Shown: positions 1 through 9,634 of the stretch, one piece after another
Position numbering within the stretch: position 1 is the first letter of the stretch
How the letters are laid out: every line of letters starts with the position of its first letter
Origin: Candidatus Poribacteria bacterium
GTDB lineage: Bacteria > Poribacteria > WGA-4E > WGA-3G
Length of the DNA: 64,000 nucleotides
Reading direction: 5' to 3'
Assembly (NCBI GenBank): GCA_003635255.1
Contig: PYJC01000133.1
Span: 6,686 to 70,685, forward strand
Program-made: the position numbers and the translations under genes
The notes under the pieces: model-generated
Databases searched by the model: none
What the model was told of the DNA's origin: nothing
The model's input: the letters and a program-made list of their open reading frames with translations, nothing else

Positions 1-1
1 C

Positions 2-679
2 TCGTTCAAGGTAAAACCGGGTGAAAAGGTCGCACTTGTCGGACATACCGGTGCGGGGAAAACCTCTATCATCAATCTGCTCTGCCGATTCTACGAAATT
101 AACAAAGGACAGATACTGATTGACGGTGTAGATATCAAAGAGATGAATCTGGAGGAATTGCGGGAAGCGATTAGCATCGTGCAACAGAACATTTTCCTCT
201 TTTCCGATTCGATTGAACAGAATATTAGTTTGGGCAACCCATCAATCTCGTCGGAACAAGTGAAGAAGGCAGCACAAGACGTGAATTTAGACGGGTTCGT
301 TCAGAAGATGCCTGCGGTTTACGACACAGAAATCAGAGAGGGTGGTGTTGGGTTATCTGTTGGGCAGAAGCAGTTGGTCGCTTTTGCCCGGGCACTAGCC
401 TCCGATCCGAGTATCCTCATCCTCGATGAAGCCACCTCAAGCGTTGACACTGAAACCGAACTCCTGATTGAGGATGCGCTCAAGCGTTTAATGGAAAACC
501 GGACGTCTGTTGTTATTGCACATCGGCTTTCAACGATCCAGAATGCGGATAAGATTATTGTGATGCATCACGGCGAAATCCGAGAAACCGGTACGCACAA
601 TGAGTTATTACAACAAGGCGGTATCTATTATCGGTTGTATCAGTTGCAATACAAGGGACAGGAGAAAAACAGTAATTAA
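2..679 (+). CDS. ABC exporter ATP-binding domain (MsbA/ABCB-like), 5'-truncated by the window edge
   Basis: Frame 2 is open from nt 2. It carries Walker [13 protein letters not shown] signature LSVGQKQ, Walker [10 protein letters not shown] and H-loop AHRLST. The listed ORF 143-679 is only its internal-Met part. Confidence 0.9.
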   Translation, partial: SFKVKPGEKVALVGHTGAGKTSIINLLCRFYEINKGQILIDGVDIKEMNLEELREAISIVQQNIFLFSDSIEQNISLGNPSISSEQVKKAAQDVNLDGFVQKMPAVYDTEIREGGVGLSVGQKQLVAFARALASDPSILILDEATSSVDTETELLIEDALKRLMENRTSVVIAHRLSTIQNADKIIVMHHGEIRETGTHNELLQQGGIYYRLYQLQYKGQEKNSN

Positions 680-925
680 ATCAGGAAGAGGCAAGATCAG
701 ATGAAGATTAAGATTCTAAATGGGTAATGTGTAGGGACTATTGCCCAAATCAGGACTTACAGCTTTCTTCGATCATTTGTTTCAATACACGAGAAGATTA
801 TTCCCGTGCTGGAAGTTCTCTTTCCACTTGGTCATCCGCACGTTTGGTGGTCCGACCGATTTTAGTGGATGGGGTTCACCTATTCATCGGATTTTTAAAA
901 ATCTTGACATTTTTTGCAGATTTTT

Positions 926-954
926 TTGACATTACCAGAAATTGTGAGTATAAT
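926..954 (+). promoter_or_regulatory. sigma70-type promoter (TTGACA-17 nt-TATAAT), first of a tandem pair
   Basis: TTGACA at 926-931 and TATAAT at 949-954 with a 17-nt spacer, preceded by a T-rich tract. Confidence 0.5.
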
Positions 955-997
955 TAATACAATTCGTGCGGTTATTTATAGATTTATCGCGATTTTT

Positions 998-1026
998 TTG
1001 ACATTCGCGAAAATTCTGGGTATAAT
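998..1026 (+). promoter_or_regulatory. sigma70-type promoter (TTGACA-17 nt-TATAAT), second of the tandem pair, abutting a Fur box
   Basis: TTGACA at 998-1003 and TATAAT at 1021-1026 with a 17-nt spacer. About 45 bp is a direct repeat of the promoter at 926-954. Confidence 0.55.
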
Positions 1027-1031
1027 TAAAG

Positions 1032-1050
1032 GATAATGAGATTCGTTATC
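1032..1050 (+). promoter_or_regulatory. Fur box-like operator
   Basis: gataatgagattcgttatc resembles the classical 19-bp Fur consensus GATAATGATAATCATTATC and lies 6 nt after the -10 element. Confidence 0.65.
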
Positions 1051-1124
1051 AATTTTTCGGCATCGAAATCTCTAAAATCTCTAAATAAAAGTCTAAAAAT
1101 CACAGTGCCAATACCAATAAAAAT

Positions 1125-1143
1125 GATAATGAGTCTCAATATC
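1125..1143 (+). promoter_or_regulatory. Fur box-like operator
   Basis: gataatgagtctcaatatc lies just upstream of the ATG at 1165. Confidence 0.6.
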
Positions 1144-1164
1144 ATTTTTATTGAATTTCTATTC

Positions 1165-2412
1165 ATGAAAAAACAATTGCTTTTCCTCGCTATCTGGGGA
1201 CTGTTTATTTTCGTAAGTGTCGGTGCCATTGCTGAATCAAATCCGTTCTCAGTCTCTGGATACGGGGTGATCCACTATTCTCACTTCGATTGGGAACTTG
1301 ACCCGGGTAGGCGCGCTGCTATTGATATAGAACGTTTCGTCATCGCCCCAAAATACCGTATCAACGATACTATCCGACTGGAATCGGAACTCGAATTTGA
1401 ACACGGCGGCACCGGTAGCACGATGGAATTCGATAAATTTGAAGAGTTTGGCGAATTTGAGATGGAGATTGAGAAAGGTGGCGAGGTGATCGTCGAAAAA
1501 CTTGCGGCTGTCTTCTCTTTCCAACCCACTTTTAACCTTCGCGTTGGACATATCATCGTTCCAGTAGGGCTTGTCTCGAAACGCCACCGACCCCAACACT
1601 ATTTCACCACAACCCGTCCCGAAGCGGAGGCACACCTCATCCCAACGATTTGGCACGAAACCGGTGTCGAAATTTTCGGTTCACTCGGTTCACTGAACTA
1701 TCAAGCGCAAATCATCAACGGCTTAGATTCAACCGGATTTAGTTCCCGGCACTGGATCGTTCGCGGACATCAACTGCGATTTGAAACTGTGAATGCTGAG
1801 GCACCTGCGTTCGTTGGACGACTTGATTACGCGTTTAACGAAAACGCAACCGTCGGTATTTCCGGATACTACGGAGACACCGCAGCAAACCGACCGAAAC
1901 CTGATGTAGACTTCGATGCACATGTCGGGATTGTGAGTCTTCACGGATTTTATGAAGTAAATGCGGTGAAAGTTCGAGGGTTGTTCCTCTGGGGAGCACT
2001 CGAAAATGCCGATCAGTTATCTAAAGTCAACCGGACGCTCTCCAATAACCTTAATGTAAAACGGACACCGATAGGCAGTTCAGCCCTCGGTTGGTACATC
2101 GAGGCGGGCTACGATATCTTATCACTTTTCAGACAACCAAATAACAAAATGGGACATCAAGATCAGAAGGGCATTCTTTCCAACATGGCCTTAGATGTCT
2201 TCGCGCGTTACGATTATTACGATACGATGGCGAGCGTTGAAGGGATTATTTTCGACAATCCGCGGTGGGAAAGAACCACGTGGACTTTTGGGATCAATTA
2301 CCACGTCCACCCACAGATGGTCTTCAAGAGCCACTATTCCCTCCGACGATTGGCAACAAAAGAAAAAAATAAGGAAAATACCTTCGCACTCGGCTTCGGT
2401 TTTCAATATTGA
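1165..2412 (+). CDS. outer-membrane beta-barrel (porin-like) protein
   Basis: I chose the internal ATG at 1165 (MKKQLLFLAIWGLFIFVSVGAIA signal peptide) over the ORF start at 1036. The protein has alternating beta-strand-like hydrophobicity and a C-terminal FALGFGFQY aromatic terminus. Confidence 0.6.
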   Translation: MKKQLLFLAIWGLFIFVSVGAIAESNPFSVSGYGVIHYSHFDWELDPGRRAAIDIERFVIAPKYRINDTIRLESELEFEHGGTGSTMEFDKFEEFGEFEMEIEKGGEVIVEKLAAVFSFQPTFNLRVGHIIVPVGLVSKRHRPQHYFTTTRPEAEAHLIPTIWHETGVEIFGSLGSLNYQAQIINGLDSTGFSSRHWIVRGHQLRFETVNAEAPAFVGRLDYAFNENATVGISGYYGDTAANRPKPDVDFDAHVGIVSLHGFYEVNAVKVRGLFLWGALENADQLSKVNRTLSNNLNVKRTPIGSSALGWYIEAGYDILSLFRQPNNKMGHQDQKGILSNMALDVFARYDYYDTMASVEGIIFDNPRWERTTWTFGINYHVHPQMVFKSHYSLRRLATKEKNKENTFALGFGFQY

Positions 2413-2424
2413 TAAAGGAGTCAT

Positions 2425-2571
2425 TAGTTATAAGTTATAAGTTTTTAGTTAACTTCGGATGTTTCTACATCTCCTTGTAACGACTACTACCGAATTGAGG
2501 TTGTGGTATCCACAAGAGAACGTCGATAACGCACAACCCAGACTTATAACTTATAACCGATAACTTATAAC
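2425..2571. repeat. inverted arrays of heptad-periodic repeats (TTATAAG xN ... CTTATAA/CCGATAA xN) flanking a ~90-nt core
   Basis: The left arm is tagttataagttataagtttttagttaac (2425-2453). The right arm is cttataa|cttataa|ccgataa|cttataa|c (2543-2571). Confidence 0.8.
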
Positions 2572-2591
2572 TATTTTCCATGGAGATTTTT

Positions 2592-3662
2592 ATGAAACTC
2601 TATAAAGTTTGGACACTACTGTGTTGTCTACTACTCACATCCGCTTTTGTTGTCGGATGTGGAACTGATGAAGAAGATGAACACGACGACCACGACCATG
2701 CTGAGGCTTTTGATGCCACCACAATGCTCAACGATTTTGCGAATGGCATCGTGGTACCCACCTATACCGATCTGGATAATAAAGCAGGTGCACTTTTATC
2801 CGCTGTTAAGGCACTGGAAAGCGATACCTCGCAAGGGAATCTCGAAAAAGCACAACAAGCGTGGGTAGCCTCTCGAATACCTTGGGAACAGAGCGAAGCA
2901 TTTCTGTTCGGTCCCGTAGATACACAAGGTCTTGATCCGGCACTGGATAGCTGGCCCGTTGATCATGTCAATCTACAATCCGTTCTGGACAGCGGCGATT
3001 CCTTAACAGTGGATTTCGTCGGTGGATTAGAAGATACACAGAAAGGTTTTCACACAATTGAATTCCTGTTGTTCCGCGAAGGCGACCAACGCAAAGCATC
3101 CGATATAACTGATCGTGAACTGGAGTATCTCCTTTCGACGACAGAGAATCTCAAGGCGAGTACCTCCCAACTACGGTCGGCGTGGGCATCAGACGGTGAA
3201 AACTTCGCCAGTAAAGTTACACAGGCCGGCACGGGTAGTGCCGTTTATCCCTCACAGAGTGCAGCCGTGCAAGAAATCGTCAACGGTATGATCGTCATCG
3301 CAGATGAAGTCGCGAATGGCAAGATCTCTGACCCTTACAACGAATCCGACACAACCCTTGTTGAATCTCAGTTTAGTTTCAACTCCATCGCGGATTTCCA
3401 GAACAACATCCGTGGAATTCAGAACGTCTATGGAAAAGGTCTCAACGGATTCGTGAACGGTCAAGATGCAGCGTTAGACACTCGTTTCCAGCAAGAGGTG
3501 CAGGCAGCGATTGATGCTATCGGCGCAATTCCGGATCCGTTCCGTGATTCGATTACAGCGAACCGTGGCGCTGTCCAAGCTGCGATTGATGCTGTCAGAA
3601 CGGTTCAACAAACACTCGAACAAGATATACTTACACTCGTTCAGTCGAGTGCGTTTAATTAA
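2592..3662 (+). CDS. imelysin-like (peptidase M75 / IrpA-EfeO-like) lipoprotein
   Basis: GGAG lies 7 nt before the ATG at 2592. It has a lipobox LTSAFVVGC followed by an acidic His-rich linker, and a GFHTIEFLLF (HxxE) motif typical of imelysins. Confidence 0.7.
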   Translation: MKLYKVWTLLCCLLLTSAFVVGCGTDEEDEHDDHDHAEAFDATTMLNDFANGIVVPTYTDLDNKAGALLSAVKALESDTSQGNLEKAQQAWVASRIPWEQSEAFLFGPVDTQGLDPALDSWPVDHVNLQSVLDSGDSLTVDFVGGLEDTQKGFHTIEFLLFREGDQRKASDITDRELEYLLSTTENLKASTSQLRSAWASDGENFASKVTQAGTGSAVYPSQSAAVQEIVNGMIVIADEVANGKISDPYNESDTTLVESQFSFNSIADFQNNIRGIQNVYGKGLNGFVNGQDAALDTRFQQEVQAAIDAIGAIPDPFRDSITANRGAVQAAIDAVRTVQQTLEQDILTLVQSSAFN

Positions 3663-3729
3663 TATGTATCTTGTATAAGAGATTTAATTCCTGAAACATG
3701 TAAACACGAAAGGGCTATTTCGTTTTGCA

Positions 3730-3753
3730 GGGAACAGTAGAAATACTGTTCCC
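3730..3753 (+). other. strong intercistronic hairpin (10-bp perfect stem, GAAA loop)
   Basis: gggaacagta-gaaa-tactgttccc lies between the imelysin-like and DUF1111-like genes, with no U-tract after it. Confidence 0.6.
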
Positions 3754-3779
3754 CGATCATACTTTGGAGCATTACCGTA

Positions 3780-5198
3780 ATGTCGATAGTGAAAGGGTTA
3801 AAACATTTTTACAGTTTACTGCCCATAATTCTTTTGGTGTCAGTCCTGCTGATTGCGTGTGACGCAGAGTCCCCTGTGGCAGTAAAGTCGACACCCGTAT
3901 TTTTGACAAGCGAACTCTCCGGTGGCGAGACGACTATCTTTGATGCGTCAAGCCATGCTTTTTCAACCCCCGCCCCTAATCTTTCTCCCGCAGCATTTGA
4001 AAAGCATTTGGAAGGTGATGTCGAATTTGAAGCCAATTTTGTGACAGCCCCCGCGGTGGTAAACCCCGGGCTGGGACCTATTTACAACAACATTTCGTGC
4101 ATCAACTGTCATAGCCGGGATGGTCGGGGGCGACCGCCAAAAGTTGATGAGAAATTTGTGTCCATGCTCTTTAGGCTGAGTCTTCCGAAGCCGGCAGATT
4201 CGATGGATGGGCAACCGCCTATCCCCGTGCCAGGATTCGGGACACAACTTAACAACCGCGCCATTTTCGGAACAGCACCAGAAGGTAAGATTAAAATTGA
4301 TTATACCGAACAAACGCTAACGACAGCAGACGGGACGCGTGTGCATCTACGTTATCCGAACTACACATTTACGGAAACCTATCAACCCCTGCCAGAAGAG
4401 GTTGAATTATCGCCACGTGTCGCACCAGTTGTCTTTGGACTCGGTCTGCTTGAAGCGATTCCTGAAGACGTTATCCTCGCTTATGCAGATGAAACCGATG
4501 CTAACGGGGATGGTATATCCGGTAAGCCTAACTACGTATGGGATGTCGTCCAACAGCGTTACACCCTCGGTCGTTTCGGATGGAAAGCGAACCAACCGAC
4601 ACTTCTTCAGCAGGTCGCGGCGGCGTATCACGACGACATGGGGATAACGACCTCCCTGTTCATGACAGAAAACTCGGCGGGACAAGCGCAACTCACTGAC
4701 CAGAGTGTAACACCAGAAGTTAGCGACGAAATTTTAGACGTGGTGACGTTCTACGTTCAAACACTGGCAGTGCCAGCGCGACGCAACGTGGATGATCCAC
4801 AGGTTAAACAGGGTGAGCAACTTTTTGCTAAAGCACAATGCACCAGTTGTCATGTTCCGACGTTAAGAACGGGTGTTTTAGCAGGTGTGCCTTCGGTGAG
4901 CAACCAAACAATTCAACCGTTCACTGATATGTTGTTACACGACATGGGACCGGAATTAGCGGACAATCGTCCCGATTTCCGCGCCAGTGGTACCGAGTGG
5001 CGAACACCCCCACTATGGGGCATCGGCTTAGTGAGAACGGTTAACGGTCATACCAACTTCCTCCACGACGGCAGGGCACGGGACTTAATGGAAGCGATCC
5101 TCTGGCACGGCGGGGAAGCAGAGGCATCAAGGCAAGCCGTTGAGCAGATGTCAAAAGGAGAACGCGACGCACTCATTGCGTTCTTGGAGTCCTTGTAA
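3780..5198 (+). CDS. di-haem cytochrome c peroxidase-like oxidoreductase (DUF1111 family)
   Basis: It has an N-terminal signal with lipobox-like LLIAC and two CxxCH haem motifs (CINCH at 4098-4112, CTSCH at 4839-4853). The size and imelysin neighbourhood are typical of DUF1111. Confidence 0.8.
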   Translation: MSIVKGLKHFYSLLPIILLVSVLLIACDAESPVAVKSTPVFLTSELSGGETTIFDASSHAFSTPAPNLSPAAFEKHLEGDVEFEANFVTAPAVVNPGLGPIYNNISCINCHSRDGRGRPPKVDEKFVSMLFRLSLPKPADSMDGQPPIPVPGFGTQLNNRAIFGTAPEGKIKIDYTEQTLTTADGTRVHLRYPNYTFTETYQPLPEEVELSPRVAPVVFGLGLLEAIPEDVILAYADETDANGDGISGKPNYVWDVVQQRYTLGRFGWKANQPTLLQQVAAAYHDDMGITTSLFMTENSAGQAQLTDQSVTPEVSDEILDVVTFYVQTLAVPARRNVDDPQVKQGEQLFAKAQCTSCHVPTLRTGVLAGVPSVSNQTIQPFTDMLLHDMGPELADNRPDFRASGTEWRTPPLWGIGLVRTVNGHTNFLHDGRARDLMEAILWHGGEAEASRQAVEQMSKGERDALIAFLESL

Positions 5199-5242
5199 AA
5201 AGCGTAATTTCGCACCAACATCCGTTGGTGCTAACACACAAC

Positions 5243-5261
5243 GAGAATGAGTCTCAATTTC
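5243..5261 (+). promoter_or_regulatory. Fur box-like operator
   Basis: gagaatgagtctcaatttc lies upstream of the small lipoprotein and TonB receptor genes. Confidence 0.55.
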
Positions 5262-5290
5262 AATATAACAGTATCAGATTAAGGATTTAG

Positions 5291-5545
5291 ATGATGCACT
5301 TAACCTCTATTATACTCAGAAGTTTGCTGTTAGTGTCCGTCATAGCAACCAGTTTAGTTTTGCTTGGTTGTGAAAGCGATCCTATACTCGCCCCACAAAC
5401 CGAAGCCGCTGAAGAGGGCGGCAGTTACGGCAACACGAATTTACCAGTTGGTGGCACCCAGAACACGGGAAATACGGTTAAAGATGCGCAAAAAAATAAA
5501 CTTCGTAACAACCGCATCACAACCACAAATCCAAAACTCTTTTGA
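5291..5545 (+). CDS. small putative lipoprotein (84 aa)
   Basis: Signal peptide plus lipobox VLLGC, sitting between the Fur box and the receptor gene. No recognisable domain. Confidence 0.45.
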   Translation: MMHLTSIILRSLLLVSVIATSLVLLGCESDPILAPQTEAAEEGGSYGNTNLPVGGTQNTGNTVKDAQKNKLRNNRITTTNPKLF

Positions 5546-5564
5546 ACGCATAGGAAACAAATCA

Positions 5565-8081
5565 ATGTATCAATTTTTGGGGACAACCCGCAGGCTTTCA
5601 AAAACTTGCATTAGGACAGCAGCAATTGTAACCACCCTATCTCTTCTATTAGGAATACCGAACTTTGGTCAAGGCTCAACTGAAATTAGTGGGATGGTAA
5701 TTGATAAAGAGACAAAGCAACCCATCTGGGGTGCCGTTGTTAAGATTGAATCGGACGGACAGGTTTTAGCAGAAACAACAACAGGCAAAGATGGAAACTT
5801 CCGCCTTACGCCAGATGTTCAAGGTGAGAAACAGATTCAGGTCACTTCAAGCGGTTATAATCGCCACAGCGAGATACTTGCGCTTAACCCCAATTCAACA
5901 CACAATTTGGAGATTCCGTTATCCAGTCAAACTTTTCGGCTCGCCCCGATAGAAATTATCGGCGAATCGTCGCGTAAACATAGAAAACTTACCGGGACGA
6001 TGAGCATGCTTGAACCAGAAATCGTCGACATCATTAAACCCGTCGGAACACAGGAATTACTTGAACTCATACCGGGTATTAACGGCTACGCAGACGACGG
6101 TTTTGGGAACTCGCGCTTAAGCATCGGCATCCGAGGACTGAATCCGCGCCGAAGTGCGCGTGTGCTTATATTGGAAGATGGTGTTCCGATACAACCTGCC
6201 CTTTATATCTATCCGAATGCTTACTACAATCCACCCGCAGATCGCATCAATGCCGTCGAAGTGATTAAAAGCAGTGCAGCACTTCGATACGGACCGCAAA
6301 CGATGGGCGGGGTTATCAACTATACAACCCGAAAACCCGGGGGAACAAAAGGGATAGCAAATCAGTTTACGGTCGGCAACAACGGGTACTACAGCGCATT
6401 TTCAGAATGGAGAGGTATCGGCAATCCCGAAAAAATCGTGTCTGATGTCCAACTCCTCTATAAACACGGAAACGGATTCAGAGAAAATAACACATTTGAT
6501 CAGGCAAATGGAACGGTAAAAACCCTTTTCCAACTCAGCGAGGAAAAAACCCTCTACCTCAAACTTAACGGTAATTATGAAAACTCCAACGCAACGTATA
6601 CCGGTCTGACAGAGTACTCCTTCCAAACCGATCCGAATTTCAATCCGAAAGAACACGACAATTTTAAGATCCTGCGAACCTCACTCGACCTCATCTACAC
6701 CAACAGACTCTCAACAAATCTCGTCAGCAATACGATAATGTATACAAGCGTGTTTGATCGACGGTGGTGGCGTGAGGACGATATTTTCGTGCGTCCCGCG
6801 GCACTTGAAACCGGAAATCTGGTGCCAGTGCCTTATTTCCAAACGGGTGACCTTGTCAGAACCGGTAATGGAAAAAGCAACTTCGGGATCCTCCGCACCT
6901 TCTACGTCGGTGGACTTGAGCAGAACTACACTCTCAACCACAGTATTGCTGGAAATTTAGCACATACTGAAATCGGGGGTAGGGTACACTGGGAACGCTT
7001 TATTGATGACAAGAAAACCGGCGACGCACCAGATGCCCGCGACGGCATCTACTATACTGGCACTCCCGGCTCCGAAACCGATCCAGTAAAGATTGTAGGG
7101 CAAAGTCACCATTATGAAACCATCGCATTGGCACTCTACGCCAAGGAACAGATGAATTTTAAAAGGTTAACCGTTACACCGGGTTTGCGGTTTGAGGTGT
7201 TTAAGCAGGATCGGGTAGATCGGTTACGCGGTTCGGTGCTTGCAGATAAGGTTTCATCAGTGCTGTTGCCGGGGATCGGTGTGAACTATGAGTTCGGGCA
7301 ATTAAACCTTTTCGGCGGCATCCACCGAGGGTACACAGCACCTTCCAGCGGGGCACTGAAGATTACGAATTTTGGACAGAATATTGATGCCGGTGGGCTT
7401 GACCTTAAACCTGAGAAAAGTTGGAACATCGAACTCGGTTTCCGGTCATGGATACCGGGCGTTATTTTAGAAACCTCTGGATTCTTAATTAGGGTTGAAG
7501 ACTTAGTCGCAGCCGGACGCGGCACAGCCTTCAAGAACTTAGGCAAAGTTGATCTATCAGGTGTGGAGATGGCGATGACGTTGGGGATGTCCGAATTTGT
7601 GTCGATACTGCCTGACCTTAACCTCTCTTATACATATCTCCAGACAAAGATTGTTGAGGGTATCGTGAAATCCGCGACTATTGCCGGGAACGTTGATGTC
7701 GAGTTAAACGGCAACGAATTGCCTTACGCGCCACAGCACACTTTCACGGTCGGATTGGCGAAACGCATTGGGGATGTCCTCCGCTTGCGCGTAGATATGC
7801 GGTTCGTAGATGAAGTCTTCACTGACTTTGAAAATCTCCAACAAACTTTCAACCGCGGTGATACAGGTCCCATTCCGAGTTACACAATTGTCAATGCAAG
7901 TATAGACTACAAAATAATCCAACAGTGGCAGATATTTCTTACTGCCAAAAACATTTTTGATCACGTATATATCGGGTCGCGCCTGCATTCAAATGCAGGT
8001 CAACCTGAAGCTAACTTGAGCTCGGGCATCCTCATCGGTCCGAGACGACAGATACTTTTCGGTATCAAACAAGGTTTCTAA
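5565..8081 (+). CDS. TonB-dependent receptor with N-terminal carboxypeptidase-regulatory-like domain
   Basis: I chose the ATG at 5565 (MYQFLGTTRRL...) rather than the ORF start at 5364, which overlaps the lipoprotein ORF. It has a CarbopepD_reg-like GMVIDKETKQPIWGAVVKIESDG, plug motifs (RGLNPRRSARVLILEDGVP) and a terminal ...FGIKQGF. Confidence 0.85.
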   Translation: MYQFLGTTRRLSKTCIRTAAIVTTLSLLLGIPNFGQGSTEISGMVIDKETKQPIWGAVVKIESDGQVLAETTTGKDGNFRLTPDVQGEKQIQVTSSGYNRHSEILALNPNSTHNLEIPLSSQTFRLAPIEIIGESSRKHRKLTGTMSMLEPEIVDIIKPVGTQELLELIPGINGYADDGFGNSRLSIGIRGLNPRRSARVLILEDGVPIQPALYIYPNAYYNPPADRINAVEVIKSSAALRYGPQTMGGVINYTTRKPGGTKGIANQFTVGNNGYYSAFSEWRGIGNPEKIVSDVQLLYKHGNGFRENNTFDQANGTVKTLFQLSEEKTLYLKLNGNYENSNATYTGLTEYSFQTDPNFNPKEHDNFKILRTSLDLIYTNRLSTNLVSNTIMYTSVFDRRWWREDDIFVRPAALETGNLVPVPYFQTGDLVRTGNGKSNFGILRTFYVGGLEQNYTLNHSIAGNLAHTEIGGRVHWERFIDDKKTGDAPDARDGIYYTGTPGSETDPVKIVGQSHHYETIALALYAKEQMNFKRLTVTPGLRFEVFKQDRVDRLRGSVLADKVSSVLLPGIGVNYEFGQLNLFGGIHRGYTAPSSGALKITNFGQNIDAGGLDLKPEKSWNIELGFRSWIPGVILETSGFLIRVEDLVAAGRGTAFKNLGKVDLSGVEMAMTLGMSEFVSILPDLNLSYTYLQTKIVEGIVKSATIAGNVDVELNGNELPYAPQHTFTVGLAKRIGDVLRLRVDMRFVDEVFTDFENLQQTFNRGDTGPIPSYTIVNASIDYKIIQQWQIFLTAKNIFDHVYIGSRLHSNAGQPEANLSSGILIGPRRQILFGIKQGF

Positions 8082-8189
8082 CACTGGCGTGGGTTGAAAA
8101 TGGGACGCAATTCAATTGGGGATGCGTCCGGTTTCTCAATCGCCATCACGACCCACCTATTAACAATGACGTAAGTTACAATTTCCATA

Positions 8190-8208
8190 GATAATGAGAC
8201 TCATTATC
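8190..8208 (+). promoter_or_regulatory. Fur box-like operator (perfect palindrome)
   Basis: gataatgag-a-ctcattatc lies 25 nt upstream of the ATG at 8233. Confidence 0.7.
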
Positions 8209-8232
8209 TAATAAATTACTAAAGGAGAAAAC

Positions 8233-9549
8233 ATGAATTACCTGACAAAAAAATTCCAATGGTTAGTTGTCCTGCTAACTGTTGCGAGTCTATTTCTATC
8301 GGCTTGTGGGAGCGACGAAGAGGACGACGATGCTTTAGAGGAAGATGCTGCGACTACGATCGACGTTCCGCAAGCGTACGTCTTTGACAGCCGCTTTATG
8401 GAAGGCGAAAGCAGTGTCGCCTATTCAGGACAGGTCGTACGTAACCTGCTGCTGCAAGACCTAAAGGCTCTCACCGACAGCGTCGGAAAAGATGGCGCAC
8501 GTTCTGTTGCTGTGTCGGATATGCTTAAACTCTACGAATACGATGACGCACTTAACCTAAAAACGTCAACGACTACAGGGGCATTACCGGCGAGTGAAAG
8601 TCACTATTCAGCACTTTCGACTGGGAAAAATCTTGTCGGTAAGATTTCCGACGAACCTGTCATCGGTTACAACCGAACTGCGGATGATCTGGTACGCGAA
8701 TGGTTCAAGGGTATCGCGGACAACTCGCAAGATTCTGATAAACTCGGCACCTCAATGGCTTATACCACCGATGATGGTGTTGATATGTCACAGATGGTTA
8801 ATAAGGTCCTCATCGGTGCAGTTCCCTATTACCAAGCGACAGGAGTCTATCTCGGTGGTCTGCTTGAACGGGATAACAGTGAAGGAAAAGATGGGAAAGC
8901 CTATACCGCAATGGAGCACGCATGGGACGAAGCCTTCGGCTACTTCGGTGCCGCTCGCGACTATTCCCGCTACAGTGATGAACAGCTCGCTGGAAAGGTC
9001 GATGATTTCACGTTCGATTCTAACGGCGACGGAAGCATCGACTTCAAATCGGAATACAACTTCGGGCTCTCCAGAAATGCTGGTAAGCGGGATAAGGGCG
9101 GATCAGGCGTGGATTTCACACAACAGATTTTCAACGCTTTCCTTGCTGGCAGAACCGCAATCACGAATCAAGGATCGGTCGCAGAAATTAGCGCACACCG
9201 CCAAGCTGCTGCAGAAGGTATGGAGAAGGTTATCGCGGCAACTGTGGTACACTACATTAATGATACGCTCAGTGATATGTCCCAGTTAGGCACAGCGGAA
9301 GAAAATCGTGCCAACTTAAACAAACATTGGGCAGAAATGAAAGGCTACACAGTCGCGTTGCAGTACAACCCGTTCCGGTTGATTACTGATGGACAACTCG
9401 CCGAATTGCATGGTATCATGGGAGAAGCACCCATATATGATGAACCGGGCAGTAACAGCTACAAAACCCAAGTAGCTAATTACGAACGCGCTAAGGCGGT
9501 TATGCAGGCGGCATACGGGTTCTCCAACACAAACATGGCGAACTGGTAG
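8233..9549 (+). CDS. lipoprotein, DUF4856-like (imelysin/TonB-receptor-associated family)
   Basis: Lipobox FLSAC plus an acidic linker. The HAWDEAFGYFG motif and ~440-aa size resemble DUF4856 proteins found in iron loci. The family call is from memory only. Confidence 0.5.
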   Translation: MNYLTKKFQWLVVLLTVASLFLSACGSDEEDDDALEEDAATTIDVPQAYVFDSRFMEGESSVAYSGQVVRNLLLQDLKALTDSVGKDGARSVAVSDMLKLYEYDDALNLKTSTTTGALPASESHYSALSTGKNLVGKISDEPVIGYNRTADDLVREWFKGIADNSQDSDKLGTSMAYTTDDGVDMSQMVNKVLIGAVPYYQATGVYLGGLLERDNSEGKDGKAYTAMEHAWDEAFGYFGAARDYSRYSDEQLAGKVDDFTFDSNGDGSIDFKSEYNFGLSRNAGKRDKGGSGVDFTQQIFNAFLAGRTAITNQGSVAEISAHRQAAAEGMEKVIAATVVHYINDTLSDMSQLGTAEENRANLNKHWAEMKGYTVALQYNPFRLITDGQLAELHGIMGEAPIYDEPGSNSYKTQVANYERAKAVMQAAYGFSNTNMANW

Positions 9550-9593
9550 GTATCAATGTAGGTCGGGTTTAACTACAAAGATGCTTTCCACGG

Positions 9594-9619
9594 GTAGGTG
9601 CGTCACAATACGCACCTAC
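9594..9619 (+). terminator. hairpin after the DUF4856-like gene (9-bp perfect stem)
   Basis: gtaggtgcg-tcacaata-cgcacctac has an A/T-rich tail but no clean U-run. Confidence 0.4.
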
Positions 9620-9634
9620 TAAATAACTTAATTC

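Noticed and set aside
727-957. Two overlapping 62-76-aa ORFs between the ABC gene and the porin-like gene.
   Set aside because: They lie across the tandem promoter and T-rich region, they overlap each other in different frames, and they have no RBS or recognisable features.
8594-9289. A 231-aa plus-strand ORF in an alternative frame inside 8233-9549.
   Set aside because: It lies fully within the longer lipoprotein gene, which has a Fur box, an RBS and a lipobox. The overlapping frame has a Ser/Arg/Thr-rich composition typical of off-frame translation.
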